Below, one piece after another: positions 48,545 through 58,003 of a stretch of 64,000 nt of DNA. The notes beneath the pieces were generated by a model. The model had not been told where the DNA came from. It was given only the letters and a program-made list of their open reading frames with translations, and did no database searches. Both the position numbers and the translations under genes were made by a program. Source of the stretch: a bacterium (GTDB taxonomy: Bacteria > Zhuqueibacterota > Zhuqueibacteria > Residuimicrobiales > Krinioviventaceae). The stretch is from positions 128,001 through 192,000 of the forward strand of contig CAXXFV010000004.1 of assembly GCA_963674595.2 (NCBI GenBank), read 5' to 3'. Each line of letters starts with the position of its first letter. Positions within the stretch are counted from its first letter, which is position 1.

Positions 48545-49300
48545 TTGAAACTAACAATATTAGGTTCCGGTACCTGCGTGCCTGTAAAAAATCGTTCCTG
48601 CGCATCATATTACATACAATTTGAAAACCAACACCTGATTTTTGACATCGGTTGCGGAACGTTGCGGCGGATGGCAGAAGCCGGGGTTCCCTATTCTGAA
48701 ATCGATAGTGTGATGATTACCCATACTCACCCGGACCATGTGTCGGACCTTGCGCCGTTTATTATGGCACTTAATCATACACCCGGCCTGCACAGGACAA
48801 AACCGTTAAATCTTTATGGACCTGCCGGATTTACCGATTTTATCAACAACCTCAAAGAAACATTTGGGACAAGTTTGCTGGAACCCAAAACATTTCAACT
48901 GAACATTATTGAAATGGAAAACGAATCTATTCAGAACTCTGATTATAAACTGGCAGCCTTAAACCTTAAACACAGCCGGAATACAGTCGGATATCGTTTG
49001 GAACATAAACATAAAGTTTTCGTTTACTCTGGTGATACCGAACTCTGCGATAATATTATCAAACTGGCACAAAACGCCGATATGGCTTTGCTGGAATGCT
49101 CTGCACCGGACCATGAACCTTTACCGGGACATTTAACGATTTCACAAACTTTGGATATTGCAGAAAAAGCAGGCTGCAAAAAACTCATTTTAACCCATTT
49201 TTATCCGGCAATGGAAGAAATTCAATTAACCCGGGATTATGAAAAAAAATTCTCCGGTGACATAATAAAAGCGCAAGATTTTTTAATTACAAACGTTTAA
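48545..49300 (+). CDS. Metallo-beta-lactamase-fold hydrolase, RNase Z/BN-like
   Basis: LTILGSG, DIGCG, THTHPDH, YSGDT, GHLT, LILTHFYP. Confidence 0.85.
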   Translation: MKLTILGSGTCVPVKNRSCASYYIQFENQHLIFDIGCGTLRRMAEAGVPYSEIDSVMITHTHPDHVSDLAPFIMALNHTPGLHRTKPLNLYGPAGFTDFINNLKETFGTSLLEPKTFQLNIIEMENESIQNSDYKLAALNLKHSRNTVGYRLEHKHKVFVYSGDTELCDNIIKLAQNADMALLECSAPDHEPLPGHLTISQTLDIAEKAGCKKLILTHFYPAMEEIQLTRDYEKKFSGDIIKAQDFLITNV

Positions 49301-49320
49301 ACCTCTAAAAAGAACTTGGA

Positions 49321-50283
49321 ATGCCCCTTTTCATTCAAAAACATTTTACAAAAATAGCAATTATTGTTTCTATTATCCTGCACTTATTGTTTTTCCTGAC
49401 ATACAGGTATTGGGCTAATATGTTTGGCCTTTTATCCATTCTTAAAAATCTGGAAGCAACAACTGAAGTTGAACCTATCGAGTTTGAACTTGTTGATCCG
49501 GCGCCTCCCCCAAAAAGAAGTAATGAGATTATAGAAACCCCGGATGAAGCAAAGATTGATGCCCCGTCCCCTAACGCTAAATATGCTTCCGACAAAAACA
49601 CACAAGCCCAGGACCTTTATGAAAATAAGGATTTACCGACAGGAGAATCTTATTCTAACGGAATTTCCAAATATCATCTGTTTGCCGGTGGAGGAATGCC
49701 GCAGGAAGTAAATCAATCCCAAAAACAGGAAAATGAAGGGACAGAGGGAGAGCAAAGCAGAAATCAGGAAAACAATAAGGGTGAATTTGCGCAAACACAG
49801 GAAGGAGATATCGATTTAGGATCTGTTCAGCGGCAATCGAGCAGAACATCCCGGTTTACCAAAGAACTGTTATCCGGTAAAGGCAATATCCAAAATCAAC
49901 ATACACAAGCGTTCAGCGACGATGCTGACTGGAAAAATATTGATACAAACGCCGATGTATTGGGCGGTATTTCTCTTAGCGCCTACGATTGGGATTTTGC
50001 ACCCTATATTCTATACCTTAAAAAGCGTATACGTCAACACCTTTATCCTCCTGCTGCATTTTATCGAATGGGAATGATAAGCGGCGAGGTGACAATAAAA
50101 TTTAGAATACACCCCGACGGTACATTATCCGATGTGGAAGTTGTTTCCACCAAAGGACACAAAGCGTTTGTGCCGCCAAGTGAAAATTCCATTATTGCAT
50201 CAAGCCCGTTTCGGCCGTTGCCTGACAGTTTCAAACACCCTTTTTTAGACATTACAAGTACCTTTATGTTTAACATATATTAG
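49321..50283 (+). CDS. tonB: TonB/TolA-family energy transducer
   Basis: N-terminal helix with SIILH, Pro/Glu linker, C-domain YPPAA...GEVTIKFRIHPDGTL...PFRPLP; precedes exbB and exbD. Confidence 0.8.
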   Translation: MPLFIQKHFTKIAIIVSIILHLLFFLTYRYWANMFGLLSILKNLEATTEVEPIEFELVDPAPPPKRSNEIIETPDEAKIDAPSPNAKYASDKNTQAQDLYENKDLPTGESYSNGISKYHLFAGGGMPQEVNQSQKQENEGTEGEQSRNQENNKGEFAQTQEGDIDLGSVQRQSSRTSRFTKELLSGKGNIQNQHTQAFSDDADWKNIDTNADVLGGISLSAYDWDFAPYILYLKKRIRQHLYPPAAFYRMGMISGEVTIKFRIHPDGTLSDVEVVSTKGHKAFVPPSENSIIASSPFRPLPDSFKHPFLDITSTFMFNIY

Positions 50284-50322
50284 AATAAATTTACTTTCAA
50301 CCTACAAAAGGACCGACAATTC

Positions 50323-50943
50323 ATGAATCAAGTTATTTCAACACTGGCTCGCGGCGGCATTGTAATGATCCCGCTGGTTCTCTGCTCTATCATCGGCCTT
50401 GCCGTTGTTATTGAAAAATTTTACAATTTGAGAAAAAATAAAATCCTGATACCGGAAATTATTTCGGTCATCGAATCCATTAAAAGCCTTCAGGACGTTA
50501 AACTGGCCACAACAATATGTGAACGCAATAACGGCCCGTTTCCAAATATTATCCTTTCAGGCCTGAGAAACCAGAACCTTGAAATGGAAGAAATTAAAGA
50601 GCTTATAAACGACGAAGGGCGTCAACAGGTGAGAACGCTCGAACGCGGTCTGCCGGTCCTTGAAACCGTAGCAAGCATAGCGCCCCTGCTTGGACTTTTG
50701 GGAACTGTTCTTGGTATGATCAAAGTGTTTACTGTTATCTCAACACAAGGTACCGGACAGGCAAGCCTTTTGGCCGGAGGTATTTCGGAAGCGCTTATCA
50801 CCACCGCAACCGGACTTGTTATCGGTATCCCTTTGCTGGTGGCTTTTAATTATTTTACAAACAAGGCAGAAAATTTTATCATGGATATTGAAAAATATTC
50901 AACAGACCTGCTGCAAAAAATTCGCTTAATTAATGAGAAATAA
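50323..50943 (+). CDS. exbB: MotA/TolQ/ExbB proton channel protein
   Basis: GGIVMIPL, IAPLLGLLGTVLGMI, AGGISEALITTATGLVIGIP. Confidence 0.9.
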   Translation: MNQVISTLARGGIVMIPLVLCSIIGLAVVIEKFYNLRKNKILIPEIISVIESIKSLQDVKLATTICERNNGPFPNIILSGLRNQNLEMEEIKELINDEGRQQVRTLERGLPVLETVASIAPLLGLLGTVLGMIKVFTVISTQGTGQASLLAGGISEALITTATGLVIGIPLLVAFNYFTNKAENFIMDIEKYSTDLLQKIRLINEK

Positions 50944-50946
50944 TTT

Positions 50947-51353
50947 ATGCAGTTTAAAGAAAAAAAGAAAAAAGCACACGGTATTAATATTACATCATTA
51001 ATTGATGTTATGTTTATCCTTTTAATATTTTTATGGTTTCTTCGAGTTTTGTAGAACAACCGGGAATGAAACTTGAACTGCCCACCATAAAATCAAAACA
51101 AGTCGCACGTATTGAAAATTTGGTCATTTACATATCCAAAGACGATCAAGTTTATTTGCAAAACCAAAAAGTCGAACTTGAAACCCTTGGTGAAGCAATT
51201 AAAAAGCAAATCCCCAATCTTGAAGAAAAAACACTGGTATTAAAGGCAGATAAAGAAGCAGAGCATGGTATTGTCGTTCAGATTATGGATATTGCCAAAC
51301 AAAGTGGTTTGAAAAAAATCGTCATAGGAACCCGTATTGAAGGTGAAGGTTAA
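50947..51353 (+). CDS. exbD: ExbD/TolR biopolymer transporter; 1-nt frameshift near 51030
   Basis: ATG 50947 reads MQFKEKKKKAHGINITSLIDVMFILLIF; adding one T to the T5 run 51028-51032 continues as FMVSSSF into track ORF 51033-51353 (LKADK...VQIMD). Confidence 0.88.
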
Positions 51354-51367
51354 ACCTTTCACCTTCA
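51338..51367 (+). terminator. Hairpin overlapping the exbD stop codon
   Basis: TGAAGGTGAAGGT-taa-ACCtTTCACCTTCA; no immediate U tract. Confidence 0.4.
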
Positions 51368-51477
51368 TGAATGCTGTTTTTTTCCAGCTTGTTTTAAAAA
51401 AAGATAGCACCCTCGCAACTTTTTTAATATATTATTCCTTCCGGTATAATTAAAAAAATAAAACAACAACTAATGCT

Positions 51478-53370
51478 ATGGGAAAAATGGTTTTCAAAAA
51501 TCGATATATCATTTATTTATATCCGGCATTTACCTGCCGGCATTTTATTCGAATTTTTCTCATAACAGTATTTATTTTTCTGTTTAACATAAAAACCACA
51601 GGTGCACAACCGCATGTTCACTCACAGGACAGTTATCTCAACCGGCAGAATTACGGATACCTGCTTAAACAGAATAATAATATAAATATCTGGTGGTGCG
51701 ACGCTACCCAAAAAATCGGTAAACACCGACCGGTTCCTTATGAAAAAAGTAAAACAATATCCTGTTCCGCAGCAAAAAACGAATTCGAACCTGTTCAGTT
51801 GGTGGTTTATCCGGAAACCGACCTTGCCGGGCTAAAAATCAGGGCCGGCCGTTTAAAACACACATCCGGGTACAAACTGCCAATGGATGCTGTAAAAATT
51901 TATCGTGTAGAGTATGTGAATATTGAAAAACCGACTGATGAAATTGGTACGGTCGATGCCTGGCCTGATCCGTTACCGCCGGTTTTGCAGCCGGTATCGA
52001 TTCATAAAAATGAAAACCAGCCTTTCTGGATATTGATTCAAATTCCTGAAAAGGCCAAACCCGGAAATTATAACAGTACCATTTACCTGGAAACAGAAAC
52101 CTGGCAGGATTCGGTCCACCTTGATCTGCATGTTTGGGATTTTCAACTGCCCCACAAAACCCATCTGCAAACAGCCTTTGGTTTTAATCCCTGGCTTGTC
52201 AGAGACTATCATAATTTCCCGGACAACCGGGATTTTGAAAAAGTTATGGATAAATATTATCAAAACTTTGCCCGGCACCGCATTTCACCCTACGATCCCT
52301 TTACCTTTGGCTATTTTAAAGAACAATTTGACACCACAGCGTTAAAAGTTCATATAGATTTTGGAAAATTTGATGCCCTGGCAAACCACTTTTTCGATGA
52401 GCTGGGTTACAACAGTTTCCGGATGCGTTTAAAAGGCCTGGGAAGCGGAACATTTCATTCCCGCCGGAAAGGTAAAATAGCCGGATTTGAGCAGGGCACA
52501 CCGCAATATCAAAAATTGATGTTTGATTATCTGGCGCAAGTTGAGCAGCATTTGGATAAAAGAGGCTGGCTGGACGAAGCCTATATTTACTGGTTTGACG
52601 AACCAACAGAAAAAGATTATGACTTTGTCAAAGAAACCATGAATATGATCCATCAGGCGGCCCCCCGTCTGACGCGTATGCTGACCGAACAACCGGAACC
52701 GGAACTGTATGGCTCTGTGGACTTGTGGTGTCCTATAACAGCCCATTATGATCACGAAATTGCCGAACAACGCCGTGCCAAAGGAGAGCGCTTCTGGTGG
52801 TACATTTGTACCGGGCCAAAAGCGCCCTATTGCACCCTGTTCATCGACCACTATGCTGTTGAACTGAGAACATGGTTATGGCAAACATGGAAATATGGTA
52901 TTGAAGGGATTCTCATCTGGCAAACCAACTATTGGACCAGTCCGACGGCTTTTCCAAAACCGCAAAAACAAAACCCGTATCAGGACCCCATGAGTTATAG
53001 AACAGGTTATGGTATGAAATCCGGTGAAATCGGTTATTGGGGAAACGGTGACGGACGTTTTATCTACCCGCCGGAGTCGGTTTTCAGTTCATCAGAAAGA
53101 TGTTTTCAGGGACCTGTCAACTCGATTCGTTTTGAAATGCTGCGTGAAGGTATTGAAGACTGGGAATATTTCTGGATATTGCGTGATCTGATACAAAAAA
53201 TCGAAAAGGAAAAACCGTCATTTCCTTATTTAAAACAGGCAAAAGAATTATTAAACGTCCCGGAAAGCGTTACGACATCATTGACGGAATTTTCTCTTTC
53301 CCCGGAACCCATTTACACACATCGTCAAAAAATAGCTGAAATGATCGAATTTTTGAACAGAGGTCTTTAA
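51478..53370 (+). CDS. DUF4091/DUF6067-type glycoside hydrolase (GH123-like)
   Basis: AAKNEFEPVQLV, WPDPL, YWFDEP, WWYIC, GILIW, GDGRFIYP, SIRFEMLREGIEDWEY. Confidence 0.8.
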   Translation: MGKMVFKNRYIIYLYPAFTCRHFIRIFLITVFIFLFNIKTTGAQPHVHSQDSYLNRQNYGYLLKQNNNINIWWCDATQKIGKHRPVPYEKSKTISCSAAKNEFEPVQLVVYPETDLAGLKIRAGRLKHTSGYKLPMDAVKIYRVEYVNIEKPTDEIGTVDAWPDPLPPVLQPVSIHKNENQPFWILIQIPEKAKPGNYNSTIYLETETWQDSVHLDLHVWDFQLPHKTHLQTAFGFNPWLVRDYHNFPDNRDFEKVMDKYYQNFARHRISPYDPFTFGYFKEQFDTTALKVHIDFGKFDALANHFFDELGYNSFRMRLKGLGSGTFHSRRKGKIAGFEQGTPQYQKLMFDYLAQVEQHLDKRGWLDEAYIYWFDEPTEKDYDFVKETMNMIHQAAPRLTRMLTEQPEPELYGSVDLWCPITAHYDHEIAEQRRAKGERFWWYICTGPKAPYCTLFIDHYAVELRTWLWQTWKYGIEGILIWQTNYWTSPTAFPKPQKQNPYQDPMSYRTGYGMKSGEIGYWGNGDGRFIYPPESVFSSSERCFQGPVNSIRFEMLREGIEDWEYFWILRDLIQKIEKEKPSFPYLKQAKELLNVPESVTTSLTEFSLSPEPIYTHRQKIAEMIEFLNRGL

Positions 53371-53374
53371 TTAT

Positions 53375-54318
53375 ATGCAAAATATTATTTTTACATCCAG
53401 CATTGTTATGCCGGTATTTTTACTCGTCTTTTTAGGCGTGTTTTTAAAAAAGAAGAATTTAATCAACGAAGCATTTATGCAGGTTTCATCAAAGGTTGTG
53501 TTTCGGGTGGCGCTTCCTTCTTTGGTATTTCAAAAAATTTCATCAACAGATTACAGCAAAGTACTAAATCCGAAACAAATAGTTTTTGCGGTTGTTTATA
53601 TTATACTTTTTTGTCTGTTTGCAGGTATTGTTACATATTTTTTCACGAAAAACGGAAAAACCCAGGGAGCTGTTATCCAGGCAAGTTTTCGGACCAATTT
53701 TTCCATTATAGGCTTTGCATTGATTTTTAATGCCTTTGGAGAAATGGCCCTGGCAAACGCCGCTATCTTACTTGCGTTTATTATGCCCCTGCTTAATATT
53801 TTGTCCGTATTTGCCTTGACAATCCCGTTGCATCGGGAAGGAAACGTTAACATAAAGAAAATTTTTAAAGATATTATTACAAATCCATTAATTATTGCAG
53901 CAATGGCAGCCGTACCATTTTCTTTTTTTCATATTCAGATACACCCTATTTTCAGTCGCACAATCGGTTACCTGGCAGGACTTACATTACCGTTAGCCCT
54001 TTTGTCAATCGGCGGTTCATTGAGCTTTCATAGTGTAAAAAAAGAGTTTTCAGCCGCTGCACTGGCAACTTTTTTTAAAATTGTGCTTATGCCGGCAATA
54101 GGAATGTTCCTGGCTGTTTATCTCGGGTTTCGGGAATGGAACTGGGTGTTCTTTTCTTTTTGTTTGCCGGTCCGACAGCCATAGCCAGCTACATTATGGC
54201 CGACGCCATGGGCAGCAACGGAGAGCTGGCCGGAAATATTATTCTCACAACAACACTTGGATCAATTGTTACGTTATCTTTAGGTTTGCTGTTACTAAAA
54301 ACACTGTCTCTCATCTAA
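53375..54318 (+). CDS. AEC (auxin efflux carrier/malate permease) family transporter; 1-nt frameshift near 54133
   Basis: PVFLLVFLG, VFRVALPSLVF, NPLIIA, PLALLSIG; the C-terminal part PTAIASYIMA..MGSNGELA lies in ORF 54136-54318; adding one G to GGG 54132-54134 gives FRGMELG. Confidence 0.85.
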
Positions 54319-54337
54319 TTAAAAGGAGATCACCGGT

Positions 54338-55698
54338 ATGCTTACAGTATCTCGAACAAAAAAACACTATATCATAGTTACGGTTTTTGTTTCCATTCTG
54401 GTTCTTGCTTCCTGTACAACTCCAAAAGTTACACCTGAAACGGCGTTACAAAGCTATTTGCAAACACCGGAACCGGATTACAACTGGAAAATAATCAAAT
54501 CAGATACGCTGGACGAAACAACAGTTAATTACCTGCTCCTGACATCACAAAGGTGGAGAGATACATTATGGACACATCAATTGGCCATTATTATCCCCAA
54601 ACACCTTAAAACCACCGATGCATCTCTGTTATTTATAACCGGCGGCAAAAATGACAACGGCAAGCCCAGATGGCGAAAAAATGAAGACAAGACAATTAAA
54701 AGAATGCAAAAAATTGCCGACGCCAATAAAGCCCCGGTTGCTGTTATATGCCAGGTTCCCAATCAACCTTTGTACGGCGGTAAAACCGAAGACGAATTGA
54801 TTTCCTACACATTGCACAAGTACAAAGAAACAAAAGATTTTACCTGGCCGCTGTTGTTCCGATGACAAAAAGCGCCGTCAAGGCCATGGACGCTGTTCAG
54901 GAATATTTTCAAAACGAACACGGACTTTTAATAGAAAGTTTTGTTGTATCCGGCGCTTCCAAACGCGGCTGGACAACCTGGCTCACCGGCGCCAGTGATC
55001 CCAGGGTCATTGGTATTGCGCCCATGGTAATTGATGTTTTGAACATGAGCGCTCAAATGGATTACCAGGTAAAAACCTGGGGTGATTACAGTCCGGAAAT
55101 TCAGGACTATGTAAATCTGGGAATTACGGATGAATTACAAACGGAAAACGGTAAAGAATTGACTGCCATGATCGATCCCTATTCCTATCGTGATAAAATA
55201 ACCATGCCGAAACTTTTATTCATCGGCACCAATGATCCCTACTGGCCGGTTGATGCCGTAAAAAATTACTTTAATGACCTGGTCGGATCAAAATATATAC
55301 ACTATGTTGCCAACGTTGAACATGGTCTTGGTGACGGTGTTCAGGCAACTCAGGCCCTCAGCTCCTTCTATGCCGCCTGTATCGCCAGCCAGCATCCAAA
55401 CCTGACATGGGAAACGACAACATCCAATCCAAGTGTATCTGTAAAAATAAATACGGATACACCCTATAATGCCGTAAAACTGTGGACATGTACCTCGCCG
55501 GACAGGGACTTTCGAAACGATACATGGACATCAAAAATCATAGACACAAAAGGGAATAATCAATTTACGGTTGATGTTGAATTGCCACAAAACGGTTTTT
55601 TAGCGTTTTATATTGACATTGTTTATAACAGCCTGGTGGGAGGAGAATACTCTAAAAGCACCAGAATGTTTGTAGCAGACAGTAAGGACATATTATAA
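54338..55698 (+). CDS. PhoPQ-activated pathogenicity-related (PqaA-like) alpha/beta hydrolase lipoprotein; 1-nt frameshift near 54860
   Basis: Lipobox LASC; LTSQRW, WTHQL, VPNQPL, EDELIS; adding one C at CC 54859-54860 gives WPLLFPMTKSAV and joins GASKRGWTTW, IDPYSY, NVEH. Confidence 0.85.
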
Positions 55699-55714
55699 TC
55701 ACAAGGGTAAAAAT

Positions 55715-56191
55715 ATGAAAGTAGCACTCATGTCCGACAGCCATGACAATCTGGATGCATTACAGCGCGCTGTGGACTATTGTAACAACCAAAAAGTTGA
55801 TGCCGTACTTCATGCCGGAGACCTGGTGGCGCCTTTTGTCAAGCGGGTTTTAAAAAATTTAAATGCGCCGTTAACAATTGTTTTCGGCAATAATGACGGT
55901 GAGCGCAATGGACTGCGGCAGGTTTTTAGGGACATTATTTTTGAACCGCCTCACGAACTAACCATTGACGACCGTAAAGTACTGATGCTTCATGATCCGA
56001 TTTTATTGAATGTTTTAAAAGAAACCGACATGTATGACCTGGTATTATACGGACATTTGCATGAAATTGAAATCAGCAAAAATAAAAATTTGATTGTTAA
56101 TCCCGGCGAAATAGGCGGCTGGTTGACAGGAAAATCCACAATAGCTGTTTGGGACACAAAATTAAACGACGCCCAAATTGTAACTATTTAA
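55715..56191 (+). CDS. YfcE/MJ0936-family metallophosphoesterase
   Basis: SDSHDN, HAGD, GNND, YGHLH, NPGE. Confidence 0.9.
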   Translation: MKVALMSDSHDNLDALQRAVDYCNNQKVDAVLHAGDLVAPFVKRVLKNLNAPLTIVFGNNDGERNGLRQVFRDIIFEPPHELTIDDRKVLMLHDPILLNVLKETDMYDLVLYGHLHEIEISKNKNLIVNPGEIGGWLTGKSTIAVWDTKLNDAQIVTI

Positions 56192-56211
56192 TCAATCTCA
56201 GGAATACAGAA

Positions 56212-57345
56212 TTGACACGACGCGAACGACTTTTGAACACGATACAGGGAAAACCGGTTGACAGACCGGCTGTTTCCTTTTATGAGATTAACGGATTTGA
56301 TGAGAATCCGACAAATGATGACCCCTTTAATATTTTCAACCATCCATCCTGGCAGCCGCTTATTCAACTTGCCGCCGAAAAAACCGACCGTATTGTTATG
56401 CGCGGCATCGCTTTTGACGACCGGCTGCCGGACCCGGTTGACGAAATTGCTGAAATAGAAACTTTAAATAAAAATGACAGTCTTTACAGCATTAAAAAAG
56501 TGAAAACATCCAAAGGTGTTTTAACAACACGAACAAGAAGAGACAAGGATGTTAAAACAACCTGGACAGAAGAACATTTGTTAAAAAACACCCAGGACCT
56601 GCAGGAATTTTTAACAGTGCCGCAAACTGCTGAATTTAACCTGCCGGATTTTGATGTCATATTAGAGGAAGAAAAACAACTCGGTGATACCGGCATAATC
56701 ATGCTGGATACCCCGGACCCGCTCTGTCTGGCAGCACTTTTGTTCGATATGAGCGAGTTTACCATCATTGCAATGACGGAACAAAAACTGTTTCATCAAC
56801 TTTTGGAACGTTTTCACGAACAACTTTTACCGAGGATCGAAGCAGCGGCAAAGGCGGTACCCGGGCGGCTTTGGCGGATCTATGGTCCCGAATTCGCATC
56901 AACACCTTATCTGCCGCCGAAATTATTTAATGAATATGTGGTCAAATATGATAAACCCATCGTTGATATTATTCATAAATACGGCGGTTATGCCAGAATT
57001 CACTCTCACGGAAATTTAAAAGCCATTCTGGATGATATTGTTGCAACCGGTTGTATGGGGCTCGACCCAATTGAGCCGGCGCCGCAAGGTGATGTGGAAC
57101 TAAAATATGTCCGGGAAAATTATGGCAAAGAACTGGTCCTGTTCGGCAACCTGGAAGCCAGTGACATTGAAAACCTGCCGACCCCGGAATTTGCCGAAAA
57201 AGTGAAACGCGCTCTGGACGAAGGAACAAGCGGCGAGGGCCGCGGTTTTGTTCTTATGCCTTCGGCATGCCCCTATGGACGAATTTTGACAAAACTGGCT
57301 ATGAACAATTATGAAAAAATGATTGAACTGGTTGATAAATTTTAA
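56212..57345 (+). CDS. Uroporphyrinogen decarboxylase-like / MtaA-type methyltransferase-family protein
   Basis: TRRERLL...PVDRP N-terminus, IHSHG, LDPIEP..GD, LFGN, GFVLMPS. TTG 56212 after AGGA preferred over the overlapping track start 56149. Confidence 0.75.
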   Translation: MTRRERLLNTIQGKPVDRPAVSFYEINGFDENPTNDDPFNIFNHPSWQPLIQLAAEKTDRIVMRGIAFDDRLPDPVDEIAEIETLNKNDSLYSIKKVKTSKGVLTTRTRRDKDVKTTWTEEHLLKNTQDLQEFLTVPQTAEFNLPDFDVILEEEKQLGDTGIIMLDTPDPLCLAALLFDMSEFTIIAMTEQKLFHQLLERFHEQLLPRIEAAAKAVPGRLWRIYGPEFASTPYLPPKLFNEYVVKYDKPIVDIIHKYGGYARIHSHGNLKAILDDIVATGCMGLDPIEPAPQGDVELKYVRENYGKELVLFGNLEASDIENLPTPEFAEKVKRALDEGTSGEGRGFVLMPSACPYGRILTKLAMNNYEKMIELVDKF

Positions 57346-57376
57346 CTAGACTGCAATTTTTATAAAGGAAGAAAAA

Positions 57377-57808
57377 ATGTTAAAAGGTATTTCCCCGGTT
57401 TTTAGCCCGGAATTACTGGCCACAATTTATCGTATGGGCCATGGAGATGAAATTGTTTTGGCGGATGCCCACTTTCCGGGAGAAAGTGTCAACCCAAATG
57501 TCATCCGCGCAGATGGCATTCAAATTACGGACCTGCTGTCCGCCATTCTTCCGCTCTTTGCTGTTGATACCTATGTTGACGATCCCGTAGTGATGATGGA
57601 ACCTGTCCCGGGTGACCAGGCCGATCCGGCTGTTCATGCTGCCTATCGTGGTATCATTGACCAATATGCACCGGAAACACCGGAAACCGCTTTTATCGAA
57701 CGATTTGCCTTTTATGAACGCGCCGAAAAAGCATTTGTTGTGGTCCTTTCCGGCAGCGTAACAAAGTATGGAAATATTATTTTAAAAAAAGGCGTTACAC
57801 CTCTCTAG
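57377..57808 (+). CDS. fucU: L-fucose mutarotase (RbsD/FucU family)
   Basis: MLKGISP, MGHGDEIVLADAHFP, RADG, ERFAFYERA, YGNIILKKGV. Confidence 0.9.
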   Translation: MLKGISPVFSPELLATIYRMGHGDEIVLADAHFPGESVNPNVIRADGIQITDLLSAILPLFAVDTYVDDPVVMMEPVPGDQADPAVHAAYRGIIDQYAPETPETAFIERFAFYERAEKAFVVVLSGSVTKYGNIILKKGVTPL

Positions 57809-57904
57809 TTCGATATGAGGTCAAATTTTGTGATATTGTTTCGTTTTGTGATCGGTGACGGAATAATTTTGATCCGGAACAAGGCAAAAAATATCTGTTT
57901 AACC

Positions 57905-57930
57905 GGAAACAAAATTAAATATTTAACGTA
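57905..57930 (+). promoter_or_regulatory. Putative ECF sigma promoter of the S8 peptidase
   Basis: GGAAAC-N16-CGTA, close to the SigW-type consensus TGAAAC-N16-CGTA. Confidence 0.4.
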
Positions 57931-58003
57931 CCTATATACGAAATAACATCATAAATATTATAACCTTGAACAAACAGTTCATTCAGAACTCATAGGAGGT
58001 TCC

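Noticed and set aside
50947-55698. Programmed frameshifting or phase variation in exbD, the AEC transporter and the PqaA-like gene
   Set aside because: The runs are short (2-5 nt), with no canonical slippery heptamer; the same one-base loss in unrelated genes fits sequencing error better.
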